In this document: one piece after another, positions 49,395 through 60,305 of the stretch
Numbering within the stretch: position 1 is the first letter of the stretch
Layout: every line of letters begins with the position of its first letter
Assembly (NCBI GenBank): GCA_038231455.1
Contig: JBBRLI010000002.1
Location: 32,001 to 96,000, forward strand
Origin: Vulcanimicrobiales bacterium
GTDB lineage: Bacteria; Vulcanimicrobiota; Vulcanimicrobiia; Vulcanimicrobiales; Vulcanimicrobiaceae
DNA length: 64,000 nt
Direction: 5' to 3'
Notes under the pieces: generated by a model
What the model saw: only the letters and a program-made list of their open reading frames with translations
Database searches by the model: none
What the model was told of the DNA's origin: nothing
Position numbers and translations under genes: made by a program

Positions 49395-50019
49395 CGGCGA
49401 GTCCGCGAACACCGAAGTCCGGCACCTTACGCGCGAGGCGTTTGGCGAGAATCGAGAAGACCGGAAAGAGCATGTAGGGGACAAAGAGGAAGCGGACGTC
49501 TATTCCCGCGACGATCGCCGCGCTAAAGAACACCCCGGCGAAAAAGACAACCTGCAAGAAACGTCCCCACGCGCGCTGACGGAATGCGACATCAAAGCTG
49601 TCCCAGCGCAGGCGGAGTCCGCGATACATCGTGATGGCATTCGCGGCGGAGATCAGCCCCGAGGCTGTCGCGTACAAGCTATTCGCGAACGGGTCGGTCA
49701 TGAACTTAAACCAGATCTGCAGCAGATACGGGAAGAGCGCGACGAGTGCGAGCTTCACGAACGTCAGCACGATGTTGAAACGGTCGGGAAAGAAATAGTA
49801 GGCGAAGATGTTGTGCTGATAGCCCCAAAACATCGAGACGAGTGCAAAAGCAAAGGCGAATCCGATCAGCCCAAGCGGACTCGTGAAAATTTCCGAGGCA
49901 TGGTCTTTGGGTATGACGAGCTGAACGCCCGTAATCGACAAGCTCAAGCCAAAGACGATGTCGCTGAATGATTCGAGTCGTCGCGTGAAATGCGCGTCCG
50001 ATTCTTTTTTGGTCAGCAT
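49387..50019 (-). CDS. TMEM175 family potassium channel
   Basis: RLESFSD (RxxxFSD) motif and about six TM helices. Confidence 0.8.
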   Translation of the reverse strand: MLTKKESDAHFTRRLESFSDIVFGLSLSITGVQLVIPKDHASEIFTSPLGLIGFAFAFALVSMFWGYQHNIFAYYFFPDRFNIVLTFVKLALVALFPYLLQIWFKFMTDPFANSLYATASGLISAANAITMYRGLRLRWDSFDVAFRQRAWGRFLQVVFFAGVFFSAAIVAGIDVRFLFVPYMLFPVFSILAKRLARKVPDFGVRGLADA

Positions 50020-50051
50020 CCCCAAAGGTTCGGCGCCGTGGAGCGGTTCCC

Positions 50052-50747
50052 CTAAACGGCCAGATACCGCTGCATCATGTCCTCATCGGCCTTGAGGACG
50101 TCGATCGTGCCTTCGCCCATGACGCGTCCGCTGGCCAGCACGTAGCCGCGGTCGGAGAGGCTCATCGCAACTTGCGCGTTTTGCTCGACGAGCAAAATCG
50201 TATTCCCCTCGGCCTTGATGTTCTTGACGACTTCCTCGACGTTCCGGGCGATCAAGGGGGCGAGCCCCTCCATCGGTTCGTCGAGCAAGATGATCTCGGG
50301 GTTGGCGATGAGCGCACGTGCGATCGCGAGCATCTGCTGTTCGCCGCCGGAGAGTTTGGCGGGCTTGTCTTTGCGCTCGCCGAGCACTTGAAAGTATTCG
50401 TAGATACGCTTCTCGTTCCAGAGGCCTTTGCGTCCGGCAAGCGCGGCCAGACGGAGATTCTCGCCAACCGTGAGGTTCGGGAAAATGCGACGGTCTTCGG
50501 GAACGAATGCGATGCCCGCTTGCGCGAGCGAAAACGGCGTGTGATTGGTGATGTCTTTGCCGTGGAATTTAATCGTGCCGGATTTCGCCATGACGAGTCC
50601 CATGATCGTCTTAAGCGTTGTCGACCGGCCGCTGCCGTTGCGGCCCAAGAGCGCCACGACCTCGCCTTTCTCGACGTTGATCGAGACGTTTTGTAGAACG
50701 TGGCTCTTATCGTAGTACGCGTTGATTCCGGTCAGCTCGAGCAGCAT
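50052..50747 (-). CDS. livF: Branched-chain amino acid ABC transporter ATPase
   Basis: GRNGSGRS, VPEDRRIF, LSGGEQQM, VEQN. Confidence 0.9.
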   Translation of the reverse strand: MLLELTGINAYYDKSHVLQNVSINVEKGEVVALLGRNGSGRSTTLKTIMGLVMAKSGTIKFHGKDITNHTPFSLAQAGIAFVPEDRRIFPNLTVGENLRLAALAGRKGLWNEKRIYEYFQVLGERKDKPAKLSGGEQQMLAIARALIANPEIILLDEPMEGLAPLIARNVEEVVKNIKAEGNTILLVEQNAQVAMSLSDRGYVLASGRVMGEGTIDVLKADEDMMQRYLAV

Positions 50748-51493
50748 TACGCGAGTTCTCCCAAGTACGCGCGCTGAACGGCTTCGTTCCCGCGGATTTC
50801 TTGCGGCGTGCCGGTGGCGAGAACGCCTCCGGACTGAAAGACGGTGATGGTCTCGGAGATCGCCATCACGACGTCGATGTCGTGTTCGACGAGCATGACC
50901 GTGCGGCCGGGAGCGATACGTTGAATGAGTTCGACCGTCTCGTGCGTCTCGGTCGGCGACATGCCGGCGAGCGGTTCGTCGAGCAGCAACACCTGCGGAT
51001 CGCGTGCGAGCACGAGCGCGATTTCGAGTCGCCGCTGATCGCCGTGCGAGAGATTTTCCGCCCGGCTCTCGCAGACTTCATAGAGGCCGACGTCGTGCAG
51101 CAGTTGATTCGTCTTCACCGAAAGATCGCCCATCCGTGAGGCCGGTAAGAAGAAGTTGGCTTTGCCGTCGTGCACGGCTTGCACCGCAAGACGGACGTTC
51201 TCATACACGGTGAGTTTCGCGAAGATATTCGTGATCTGAAACGAGCGCGAGATGCCCAGGCGTGCGCGTTCGTACGGCTGGAGCGACGTGATGTCCCGAT
51301 CGTTGAAGAATATCTTGCCTTCGCTTGGCGGAATGCGTCCGCTGAGCAGATTGAAAAACGTCGTTTTCCCCGCACCGTTGGGGCCGATGATCGTACGCAC
51401 GCCGCCGGTCGGAATTTCGATCGTGACATTGTTCACGGCGGTGAACCCGGAGAAACGCCGCGTGAGGCCTTCGGTTTTGAACGCGTAGTTCAC
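50747..51493 (-). CDS. livG: Branched-chain amino acid ABC transporter ATPase
   Basis: GPNGAGKT, RSFQ, LSHGDQRRLE, VEHD, AYLG. Confidence 0.9.
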   Translation of the reverse strand: MNYAFKTEGLTRRFSGFTAVNNVTIEIPTGGVRTIIGPNGAGKTTFFNLLSGRIPPSEGKIFFNDRDITSLQPYERARLGISRSFQITNIFAKLTVYENVRLAVQAVHDGKANFFLPASRMGDLSVKTNQLLHDVGLYEVCESRAENLSHGDQRRLEIALVLARDPQVLLLDEPLAGMSPTETHETVELIQRIAPGRTVMLVEHDIDVVMAISETITVFQSGGVLATGTPQEIRGNEAVQRAYLGELA

Positions 51494-52590
51494 CGGATCA
51501 CCGTCGTTCCGGGAGCGTGTTCTTCGAGCGGTGGGAGTTCTTCTGAGATCTCGGCTTGCAGACGCGCCTTCCTATTGAAGGCGCTTGCAAAGCCGTAGTG
51601 CCGGATGTCGTCGATGATGCCCATGATGCCGCGCGGTCCGACGATAACGAAGAAGCCAAACACGACGCCAATCCAGGCTTCCCAGAACTTCGTGCCCTGC
51701 GAGATATTGTTTTGTAGCTCCCAGTAGATGATCGCGCCGAGAATCGGGCCAAAAAATGTTTGAATGCCGCCGAGTAGTGACATCATGACGACGTTTCCGC
51801 TGTACTCGATCGAACCGGCATCGGGATTGATCGCCGTTTGATAGTAGGCCCAAAGCCAGCCCGCGATCGCCGGAAAGATCGTTGAGATCACGAACGCGTT
51901 GACGCGGTATTTGTTGACGTCATAGCCAAGAAATCGCGCGCGCTCTTTGTTCTCGCGAATCGCGTGAAGCACGCTGCCGAACGGCGAGTTGATCAACCAG
52001 TACACAACGCACGCAAACAAGAAAACCACGGTCGCCGCAAAAATGTAATAGTGGAGCGAGTCCGAGAGCCAACCGGGTGGCAAACCCGGCAGCGTTGGGC
52101 GCGCGACACCTTGGATGCCGTCCTCACCGCCGGTGAAATCGCCAAACTTGTACGTCACGAAGAACACGACTTGCGCGAAGGCAAGCGTGATCATCGAATA
52201 ATAAATGCCGCTCGAACGCGGCACGACCAAACGTGCCAGTAAGAACGCGAGAAGGAGCGCAAGGCCGAGGCCAATCGCAAGCGCGACGAGCGCGTTTCCG
52301 GCCGGGGCGTGATGCATCGACCACGAGCCGATCGTCAGGTTGAAGCCCTTCGTATACAGCGCGGTTGAATACGCGCCGATCGTGAAGAACATCGCGTGAC
52401 CGAACGAGAGTTCACCCAGATGCCCGAAGAGCAAATTGAAGCCGAGGGCAAAGAGTCCGAAGATCACCATCGTCGTTGCGATGTCGATGAAACCGCCTTT
52501 GCCGACGAACGGATTGGCGCCCGCGACGAAGGGCAGAATGATGAAGACCACTGCCGTCCAGAGCAGTGGATGTTGCAACAGTTTTTTCAC
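51490..52590 (-). CDS. livM: Branched-chain amino acid ABC transporter permease
   Basis: LSFGHAMFF, TGGEDG, AIRENKERA; GTG 52590 overlaps the livH stop. Confidence 0.9.
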   Translation of the reverse strand: MKKLLQHPLLWTAVVFIILPFVAGANPFVGKGGFIDIATTMVIFGLFALGFNLLFGHLGELSFGHAMFFTIGAYSTALYTKGFNLTIGSWSMHHAPAGNALVALAIGLGLALLLAFLLARLVVPRSSGIYYSMITLAFAQVVFFVTYKFGDFTGGEDGIQGVARPTLPGLPPGWLSDSLHYYIFAATVVFLFACVVYWLINSPFGSVLHAIRENKERARFLGYDVNKYRVNAFVISTIFPAIAGWLWAYYQTAINPDAGSIEYSGNVVMMSLLGGIQTFFGPILGAIIYWELQNNISQGTKFWEAWIGVVFGFFVIVGPRGIMGIIDDIRHYGFASAFNRKARLQAEISEELPPLEEHAPGTTVIR

Positions 52591-53474
52591 TCGAAGAGAC
52601 CTTCGACGCCGAAGAGGCCGCGCGGGCGAATCAAGAGCACGATGCCCATGATAACAAAGCCGGTCAGCTCGACGGCCGGCGGCCAGACGAGTTCCATCAT
52701 GCTCGAGAGGATGCCGATGGCAAGTCCGCCGACGATCGCGCCCCAGAACGAGCCGATGCCGCCGACGATCACGATCACGAACGTGAGGATGATCCACTGC
52801 GAGGCAAGAGCCGGCTGCACGGCATAGATCGGCGCTGCAAGCGCTCCGGCGAGCCCCGCCATAAGCGAGCCGATCCCGAAGACCAGCGTGAACATCGCGG
52901 GCATATTGATTCCGAGGATCTTGACCATCTCGGCATCGCGCGTGCCGGCCCGAATGATGATGCCGATGTTCGTCTTATTCAGGAGCAGCCAAACGAGCGC
53001 TAGGACGACGATCGTCACGATGACGAGAAACACGTCGCGGTAGAATGGCAGCTGCAGTCCGAGGATGTTGATTGGGTTGCTGAGGTAGTCAGGCATCGTC
53101 ACGCGAACCGCGTCGTCGCCCCAGACCGCTCGTACGATATCTTTAAAGATGAGCGCCGTACCGAAGGTCAGCAAGAGGGTGTATTCGGGGAGCCGTTTAT
53201 AGAGCCGCCGCACGAGCAGAAACTCGAATGCCATGCCGATCACGCCGACGAGCAAGGCCGCAAGGACGATCGAGGGCCAGAAGCCCACGTGCGGCGCGAG
53301 CGTGAACGTCAGGTACGCCCCGAGCATGAAAAAAGCGCCATGGGAATAGTTAATCACCCCCATCAGTCCCAGGATGATGTTGAGTCCGAGGGCGACGAGG
53401 ATATAGAGCATCCCCAAGGTCACGCCGTTAACGAACTGGTCCGTCAAGAGGCCGGCATTGATATCGATAAGCAA
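52587..53474 (-). CDS. livH: Branched-chain amino acid ABC transporter permease
   Basis: GVINYSHG, VGGIGS, RPRGLFG. Confidence 0.9.
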   Translation of the reverse strand: MLIDINAGLLTDQFVNGVTLGMLYILVALGLNIILGLMGVINYSHGAFFMLGAYLTFTLAPHVGFWPSIVLAALLVGVIGMAFEFLLVRRLYKRLPEYTLLLTFGTALIFKDIVRAVWGDDAVRVTMPDYLSNPINILGLQLPFYRDVFLVIVTIVVLALVWLLLNKTNIGIIIRAGTRDAEMVKILGINMPAMFTLVFGIGSLMAGLAGALAAPIYAVQPALASQWIILTFVIVIVGGIGSFWGAIVGGLAIGILSSMMELVWPPAVELTGFVIMGIVLLIRPRGLFGVEGLFE

Positions 53475-53690
53475 GAAAGTCTCTTACCTGGGTGGCGCAG
53501 GGCGAAAGTCGGTTCCAAATTCTCAGATACGGGGCGACCCCCTCTCAAGTCACCGCGGTATTTTCATGAACTCGTCAACATCGCTAGGACAAGCCGCCTC
53601 GGGTTTGAAACTGTCGCGATTCGCCGATGGTTAAAGAGACAACCAAATCCGATTTAACGCGGTGAGGGACACTCAGGGAGTCTAACCGTC

Positions 53691-56192
53691 ATGTCAATGT
53701 GGGAACCGTTCACCGAGCGCGCACGGCGCAGCATCGTTCTAGCGCAAGAAGAAGCGCAACGACTCGGCAATAATTATATCGGCACCGAGCATATTTTGCT
53801 CGGGATTATTTCGGAGGGCGAGAGCCTGGCCGCGAAAGTCCTCGAGACCCTTGGTGTGAACCTTGCGAAGGTACGCCAAGAAGTCGAGGCGATCGTGGGC
53901 CGCGGCGGACAAACCGTCCAGCAAGAAATGGTCTTCACGCCGCGTGCCAAGCGCGTGATCGAGCTTGCGTTTGAAGAAGCGCGTCAGCTCAATCACAACT
54001 ATATCGGCACCGAGCACTTGCTGCTTGGATTGATTCGCGAAGGCGAAGGGGTCGCCGCGCGCGTCCTCACCAACCTCGGCGTCGATCCGGCCAAAGTGCG
54101 CGTGCAAACGACCTCGCTGCTTGGAGCCGAAGGCCAGCCGCCGGCACCCAAGGGCAAGTCGAAGACGCCGACGCTCGATGCGTATGGTCGCGACCTTACC
54201 ACGCTGGCGCGCGAGAACAAGCTTGACCCGGTTATCGGCCGCGCAAGCGAAATCGAACGCGTGATTCAAATTCTCTCGCGTCGCACGAAGAATAACCCCG
54301 CGCTCATCGGCGAACCCGGCGTCGGCAAGACGGCGATCGCTGAGGGCCTCGCGCAGCGCGTCATCAAAGGCGAAGTCCCCGAGCCCCTGCGCGATCGTCG
54401 CGTCATTACGCTCGACCTCGCCGGACTCGTTGCGGGCACGAAGTACCGCGGCGAATTTGAAGAGCGCATGAAACGCGTAATGGATGAAATCCGCGGCGCG
54501 GCCGGCGAGATCATTCTCTTCATCGACGAACTGCACACGCTCGTCGGTGCGGGCGCTGCCGAAGGCGCGATCGACGCATCGAACATCATCAAACCGGCGC
54601 TTGCGCGCGGTGAACTACAATGCATCGGCGCGACAACGCTCAACGAGTTCCGCAAGCACATCGAGAAAGACTCGGCCCTCGAGCGCCGGTTCCAGCCGAT
54701 CATGGTTGGCGAACCGTCGGTCGATGAAACGGTCGAGATTCTCAAAGGCCTGCGCGACCGCTATGAAGCGCATCACAAAGTCACGATCACCGATGAAGCC
54801 CTCGTTGCCGCAGCCAAGCTCGGCGACCGCTATATCGCCGACCGCTTCTTGCCCGATAAGGCCGTCGATCTCGTCGACGAAGCCGCATCGCGCGTGCGCC
54901 TGCAAGCATCGCTTCCGCCAAAAGAAATCCGCGACGTCGAGACCGAGATCCGCAAGATCAAGGCCGAAAAAGAATCCGTCGTAAAGTCGCAAGAATTCGA
55001 GAAAGCCGCCGCCATTCGCGATCGCGAAGAGAAGCTGCGTCTCGAGAAAACGCGCCTTGAAACCGAGTGGAACGACAAAAAATCGAAGTCGGATGCGGTT
55101 ATAAAAGTAACCGAGGAAGACATCGCCTACATCGTTTCCGCCTGGACGAAGATTCCCGTTGCGAAACTCGCGCAAGCCGAGACGCTCAAACTGCTCGGCA
55201 TGAAAGAGCAGCTTCACAAACGCGTCATCGGTCAAGATCAGGCCGTCGAAGTCATCACGCGTGCGATCCGTCGCTCGCGTGCGGGTCTCAAAAATCCCAA
55301 ACGCCCGATCGGCTCGTTCATTTTCCTTGGCCCAACGGGCGTCGGCAAGACCGAAGTCGCGCGCAGCGTGGCGGAATTCTTGTTCGATGATTCCGAGTCG
55401 ATGATCCGCATCGATATGTCGGAGTACATGGAGAAGTACGCGGTCTCGCGTCTTGTCGGTGCACCTCCGGGATACGTCGGATACGAAGAAGGCGGACAGC
55501 TCACGGAAGCCGTGCGTCGCCGTCCGTACTGCGTCGTGCTCCTCGATGAAATCGAGAAGGCACATCCGGATGTCTTCAACCTCTTACTGCAAGTGCTCGA
55601 AGACGGTCGCCTGACCGATTCGCAAGGGCGCGTCGTCGACTTCAAAAATTCGGTGATCATCATGACTTCGAACGTCGGGGCCACCGGAATTACGTCGTCG
55701 ACCGATATCGGCTTCCGTCCGCAAAAAGACGGCGGTAATACCGACGAACAGCAGTACGAGAAGATGAAGAACAAAGTGCTCGACGAGGTCAAGCACACGT
55801 TCCGACCGGAATTCATTAACCGCGTTGACGAAATCGTTGTCTTCCACCAGCTCTCGCGCGGACAGATCGAAGAGATCGTCGGCCTGGAACTGGAGAAAGT
55901 CATCCGCGAAGTCAAAGCGCAAGAAATGCACCTCGAAGTCACGGAAGACGCGAAAGCGCTGCTTGCCAAGAAGGGCTGGGATCCCCAATTCGGAGCGCGT
56001 CCGTTACGTCGAGCAATTCAGCGCGAAGTCGAGGACGAGCTTGCCGAGGAGATGCTCCGCGGCCGGTTCGGATCGGGCGACCGCATCCTTGCCGAAGTCG
56101 ATCAGGACAATCCGGAGAAGCTGAAATTCAGCAAAATCCCGTCGTTCGAACCACCTGCGGCAATGCCGCCGGAAGTAGCGCAACCGACGTAG
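53691..56192 (+). CDS. clpC: ATP-dependent Clp protease ATP-binding subunit ClpC
   Basis: Two Clp-N repeats, [11 protein letters not shown] coiled coil, [11 protein letters not shown] loop, GARPLRR. Confidence 0.96.
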   Translation: MSMWEPFTERARRSIVLAQEEAQRLGNNYIGTEHILLGIISEGESLAAKVLETLGVNLAKVRQEVEAIVGRGGQTVQQEMVFTPRAKRVIELAFEEARQLNHNYIGTEHLLLGLIREGEGVAARVLTNLGVDPAKVRVQTTSLLGAEGQPPAPKGKSKTPTLDAYGRDLTTLARENKLDPVIGRASEIERVIQILSRRTKNNPALIGEPGVGKTAIAEGLAQRVIKGEVPEPLRDRRVITLDLAGLVAGTKYRGEFEERMKRVMDEIRGAAGEIILFIDELHTLVGAGAAEGAIDASNIIKPALARGELQCIGATTLNEFRKHIEKDSALERRFQPIMVGEPSVDETVEILKGLRDRYEAHHKVTITDEALVAAAKLGDRYIADRFLPDKAVDLVDEAASRVRLQASLPPKEIRDVETEIRKIKAEKESVVKSQEFEKAAAIRDREEKLRLEKTRLETEWNDKKSKSDAVIKVTEEDIAYIVSAWTKIPVAKLAQAETLKLLGMKEQLHKRVIGQDQAVEVITRAIRRSRAGLKNPKRPIGSFIFLGPTGVGKTEVARSVAEFLFDDSESMIRIDMSEYMEKYAVSRLVGAPPGYVGYEEGGQLTEAVRRRPYCVVLLDEIEKAHPDVFNLLLQVLEDGRLTDSQGRVVDFKNSVIIMTSNVGATGITSSTDIGFRPQKDGGNTDEQQYEKMKNKVLDEVKHTFRPEFINRVDEIVVFHQLSRGQIEEIVGLELEKVIREVKAQEMHLEVTEDAKALLAKKGWDPQFGARPLRRAIQREVEDELAEEMLRGRFGSGDRILAEVDQDNPEKLKFSKIPSFEPPAAMPPEVAQPT

Positions 56193-56205
56193 AAGTACGT
56201 CCGGC

Positions 56206-59200
56206 TTGACCCCATTCGCTACATGGCGATCGCGCTTACCGGCGTCGATCGGCAACTGGTTCGCCCGCGACCTCACGCGCGTCGCGCTCGCTCTCGCAGA
56301 GAGCGGGCGCGTCGTGCTTCGTGTAGTCGAAGAAGCCAAAATTGAATCGACCGTCAAAGACAAGACGGCCGCTAGCGTTCTCATTGAGTGGTCGACGGGT
56401 ACCGGCCCGCAGGCACTGCGAAGCATTTGCAGCTGTGGCGGGAGCGGCATCTGCGAACATATCGTGGCGACGCTCGAAGCCGTCCGCACGCAGAGTGCCA
56501 CCGTCCCGGTCGCGGCCGGTGCTGTCGGCGCGGAACCCGGCGAGGAACACGACTATACGTGGCTGCCGACGCTCGATGTCGAGCCGCCTCGCGCCCGCGC
56601 GCGCAGCGTGTGGCCGGTTCTCTCGAGCGCCGATGGCAAGACCCTCACCGGCTCGCTCTACTTAGATACGCCACGTTTACGCGGCGTGATTCGGGATGCC
56701 GAATCGATTCTTACGATGATGGACGGGACGCCTGGCGATGACTGGGATGAGTCCGACCGTGAGTTGATCCATGATGAAGCAACGCAAGAAGCCTTCGGTC
56801 CGCGCACGGCGCCCAAGGCCCTTGCGCGCGCCCTCTTCCGCCTCGCGCGTCACCCGCGCTTGCGCTTCGACGATGCGCCCGGTGAGAATCGCCATCCCTC
56901 CGAACTAACCCCTTTCGCAATTGATTTGCGTGGCTTGCGCCTGCGCGCGACGCGCCGCGGCACGCGCTTCGTACCGACACTCGAAGACGGTGACGGCCGT
57001 CGGCACGATCCGGCCAAGGCGTTCGTCCTCGACGGCCCGCCCGCGTGGCTGATCGTCGATCGCATTGCGTACTTGCTCGATGCGAGTTTCGATCCGCGCA
57101 AGATCGTCGCTGCGGCGCAAGACGCCGCTGCCGAGGGTCAAGCCGCAACGAACGGCACGGCACCCTCGACGGCGACGATCGCGCGTGTCGCGGCGTTCTT
57201 ACCGCCCGATGAGCGCAGGTCACTTGGCGTAAGTGACGCGTTGGAACCGGCGCTGCTCGCGCGCATGATGTGGCGCGACGGCGCGCTGCTCGCGCGGCTT
57301 GCGTTTGTCGACCGCTCGACCGATGCGCGTACCACGTTCTCGATTCACGGCGCGATCGCGCAGGTCGACGGAAAGTTCGTGCGCTTCGGCGCGCACGTCG
57401 CGCACCGGCTCTCCAAGCGCTTTATCGATTCCGGTTTCGTGCCGCGCGGCAACGACGGATTCGCGTTGCACTCGGCCGACCGCGCCGCAACCGTCATTAA
57501 AGAACTGCTGCCGACGTGGGACGACGTCGAAGTGCGGCTCGACGATAGCCTCTCGGCGCTCGGTGGTGAGGGCGGCAAGATCGATATCGCGATCTCGACG
57601 CGGCCTTCCGAACCCGACGCCGATGGCGGCCCGCGTCAAGACTGGTTCGAACTGAATGTCGACGTGTTCATCGGCGACGGCGAAGCGCTGACCCAAAAAG
57701 AACTAGCCGCGCTGCTGAGCACGACCGGCCGTTTTGCCGAAGTCCGCGGCAAGCTCGTCGACGTGAGTCAACTGCGTTCGCGCGGTCAACTCATCAACGA
57801 AATCTCCGAACGAAAACAAAACGGCCTTGCCGCCCTCGTTGCGCTGCGAGACGAATTGCACGAATCGTTCGCCTCGGTCACTCTTCCCGAAGAAGTCGAA
57901 CGTCTGCGCGAGCGCTTGCGCGATTTCCAAGGGATCGAAGAAGTCGCGCCGCCTGCGGAACTTGCCGACATTTTGCGCGGCTACCAGCGCAAAGGCCTGG
58001 ATTTTCTCGCGTATCTCTCATCGTTCGAATTCGGCGGCGTGCTCGCCGACGACATGGGCACCGGCAAGACGATCCAGGTGATCTCGTATCTCTTGCGGCG
58101 CAAACAAACCGAAGGCCAGGCGCCCTCGCTCGTTATCGCGCCGACGTCGGTTACGCACACCTGGGAAACCGAGATCGCGCGTTTCGCCCCCGACTTGAAG
58201 ACGCTCCGTCTTCAATCCGGCAGCGACCGGGCGCAGCGCTTCGAACAAGTGAACGATGCCGACGTCGTCATCACGTCGTACGCGCTCGCGCGCTTGGATG
58301 CAGCGATCCTCGAGAAGTTCAACTTCCGCACCTTGATCCTCGATGAGGCGCAGAACGCGAAGAATCCGAGTTCGCAAATTGCGCGCGTCGTGCGTAACTT
58401 GCGGGCCGATCACCGCTTAGCGCTTACCGGTACGCCGGTCGAAAATTCACTTCGCGATCTATGGGCGATCTTTGCCTTCGTCGAGCCCGGTTTGCTCGGC
58501 AGCGAATCCTCATTCCGTCGCCGCTTCGAGAATCCGATCGCGGACGGCGATGAAAAAGCCGTTCGGGCGCTGCGCTCGCGTCTCGAGCCGTTCGTGCTTC
58601 GCCGCACCAAAGAAGATGTCGCAAAAGAACTTCCGGCGCGCACGGAGGCCGTCATCGAATGCGACCTCTCGCCGCTGCAGCGGCGACTCTATCGCGGTAT
58701 CGCTGAAGCCGCGCGCCGGGACGTGCTCGCGCAGCTCGACGGTGAAGGCGGAATGGAAGGCGCAACGGTGCACGTGCTCGCAGCGCTCACGCGTTTGCGG
58801 CAGGTCTGCGCGCACCCGGGTCTGCTCGTCCCGGCGTACATCGACGAACCCGAAGCGAGCGCCAAGTTCGATGCGTTCATCGAGACGATCGAGGAAGTGC
58901 TCTCGGGCGGCCACCGCGTACTCGTGTTCTCGGCGTTCGCCTCGATGCTTAAGATCATGCGCTCGGCTCTCGAGAAACGGAATATCAGTTTCAACTATCT
59001 TGATGGCTCGACCAAAGACCGCGACCGTCAGACCGAAGTCGAGAATTTCATGAAACCCGACGGCGCTCCGGTGTTCCTCTGCTCGCTCAAAGCCGGCGGC
59101 GTCGGCCTCACGCTCACCGCCGCCGACTATGTCGTCCTCTACGATCCGTGGTGGAATCCGGCCGTCGAACGTCAGGCGATCGACCGCACGCATCGCATCG

Positions 59201-59379
59201 GACAGCATCGACCGGTGACGGCGTACCGCATGGTCACGCGCGGCTCGGTTGAAGAAAAAATCCGGGCGCTTGCCGAGCGCAAGAGCGAGCTTTCAAAAAC
59301 CGTCATCAAAGCCGATAGCGCGGTTGCAAAGTCGCTCACGCGCGAAGACCTCGAAATGCTGTTCGCCGACCCCGACTAG
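56206..59379 (+). CDS. SWIM zinc finger-SNF2 family DEAD/H ATPase
   Basis: CSC...CEH (SWIM), LADDMGTGKT, DEAQ, LTGTPVEN, DPWWNP, DRTHRIGQ. Confidence 0.93.
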   Translation: MTPFATWRSRLPASIGNWFARDLTRVALALAESGRVVLRVVEEAKIESTVKDKTAASVLIEWSTGTGPQALRSICSCGGSGICEHIVATLEAVRTQSATVPVAAGAVGAEPGEEHDYTWLPTLDVEPPRARARSVWPVLSSADGKTLTGSLYLDTPRLRGVIRDAESILTMMDGTPGDDWDESDRELIHDEATQEAFGPRTAPKALARALFRLARHPRLRFDDAPGENRHPSELTPFAIDLRGLRLRATRRGTRFVPTLEDGDGRRHDPAKAFVLDGPPAWLIVDRIAYLLDASFDPRKIVAAAQDAAAEGQAATNGTAPSTATIARVAAFLPPDERRSLGVSDALEPALLARMMWRDGALLARLAFVDRSTDARTTFSIHGAIAQVDGKFVRFGAHVAHRLSKRFIDSGFVPRGNDGFALHSADRAATVIKELLPTWDDVEVRLDDSLSALGGEGGKIDIAISTRPSEPDADGGPRQDWFELNVDVFIGDGEALTQKELAALLSTTGRFAEVRGKLVDVSQLRSRGQLINEISERKQNGLAALVALRDELHESFASVTLPEEVERLRERLRDFQGIEEVAPPAELADILRGYQRKGLDFLAYLSSFEFGGVLADDMGTGKTIQVISYLLRRKQTEGQAPSLVIAPTSVTHTWETEIARFAPDLKTLRLQSGSDRAQRFEQVNDADVVITSYALARLDAAILEKFNFRTLILDEAQNAKNPSSQIARVVRNLRADHRLALTGTPVENSLRDLWAIFAFVEPGLLGSESSFRRRFENPIADGDEKAVRALRSRLEPFVLRRTKEDVAKELPARTEAVIECDLSPLQRRLYRGIAEAARRDVLAQLDGEGGMEGATVHVLAALTRLRQVCAHPGLLVPAYIDEPEASAKFDAFIETIEEVLSGGHRVLVFSAFASMLKIMRSALEKRNISFNYLDGSTKDRDRQTEVENFMKPDGAPVFLCSLKAGGVGLTLTAADYVVLYDPWWNPAVERQAIDRTHRIGQHRPVTAYRMVTRGSVEEKIRALAERKSELSKTVIKADSAVAKSLTREDLEMLFADPD

Positions 59380-59381
59380 GG

Positions 59382-59693
59382 TTAGGACGTGGAGAAGGTC
59401 GCCTCGCGAAGATGCGTCGCTACGTCCGCCGCCGCTTCTTCAAGCGTCGCATCCGTCAGCGCGTAGACTAGCGCATCGCTATGTTCGACGCGGCTGTCGA
59501 TCCGGTCGCCAATCGTCGTGCCGCGCGAAACCGATGGAGCCATCACTACGCGTTGCCCCACGGCATGTAAGACGACCCCACGCCGTCCGAGCATCATCGT
59601 CGTAAGATCCGCATCGGGTGTCGAGACCTCGACATCCGGAAGATGTTGACGGACGCGTTCTGCGACCGCGGCGAGCCACTGCGTACCATCCAT
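59382..59693 (-). CDS. Hypothetical protein
   Basis: ATG with GGAG SD; 103 aa; no motif recognised. Confidence 0.6.
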   Translation of the reverse strand: MDGTQWLAAVAERVRQHLPDVEVSTPDADLTTMMLGRRGVVLHAVGQRVVMAPSVSRGTTIGDRIDSRVEHSDALVYALTDATLEEAAADVATHLREATFSTS

Positions 59694-59870
59694 GGTGTAT
59701 TTTTCTCCGGACGTGCGCCGCGTCCTCGGAGCGCTTGCTCGCCCGCCCAGAGAGTCTAGCTGAAAATTAATGATTGACTGCTAACGAGTTGAGCAAGGGC
59801 CTCGTTCACAGACCGGCACGAACTCTCGAGGTTCGTGGATTTTGCGGACCCTTTTCTTGGAGGATCCCCG

Positions 59871-60305
59871 ATGAAGACGTTATGTCTTGCCGCAATTGCG
59901 GGCTTCTTGCTCGCGAGCGTTCCGTTTGCCCCAAGCGCGGCACTAGCCGCCTACCACGTCGTGGCTCCCGCCGATGAATATTTCGGTCATCAGCGTCTCA
60001 GTATCTTGGGCATGCGCAACATGCTGCATGACCTGCAGCGCGATTCGCAAAACGGTGCCCGGGGCGATGAGAGTGTCGTCAACAGTGCTCGCGCCGTTGA
60101 AGACGCGATGCACGATTGGCAGTCGCGCTATCCCCTCGATCCGTGGCTACCGCGCTATATCTACCAGCTCGACGGACTCTACCACCGCGTCGATTCTGAC
60201 GAAGCGCACGAGCGCGCCGAACGCGTCCACGCGTGGCTCATCGCCTCGTATCCGAATTCGGTCTACGCGCGGCACGCGCGCGAGAACGACTTTAACCGCA
60301 GTTAA
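59871..60305 (+). CDS. Secreted helical hypothetical protein
   Basis: SD GGAGG, signal peptide, APADEYFG...LSILGMRN and YPLDPWL motifs. Confidence 0.72.
   Translation: MKTLCLAAIAGFLLASVPFAPSAALAAYHVVAPADEYFGHQRLSILGMRNMLHDLQRDSQNGARGDESVVNSARAVEDAMHDWQSRYPLDPWLPRYIYQLDGLYHRVDSDEAHERAERVHAWLIASYPNSVYARHARENDFNRS

Noticed and set aside
45402-49971. Plus-strand ORFs 45402-46433, 46737-47483 and 49177-49971
   Set aside because: Antisense to clearly identified molybdoenzyme, xdhC and TMEM175 genes.
53739-55988. Long antisense ORFs opposite clpC (e.g. 54615-55565)
   Set aside because: Shadow frames produced by GC-rich codon bias; no motifs or SD, and they fully overlap a conserved gene.
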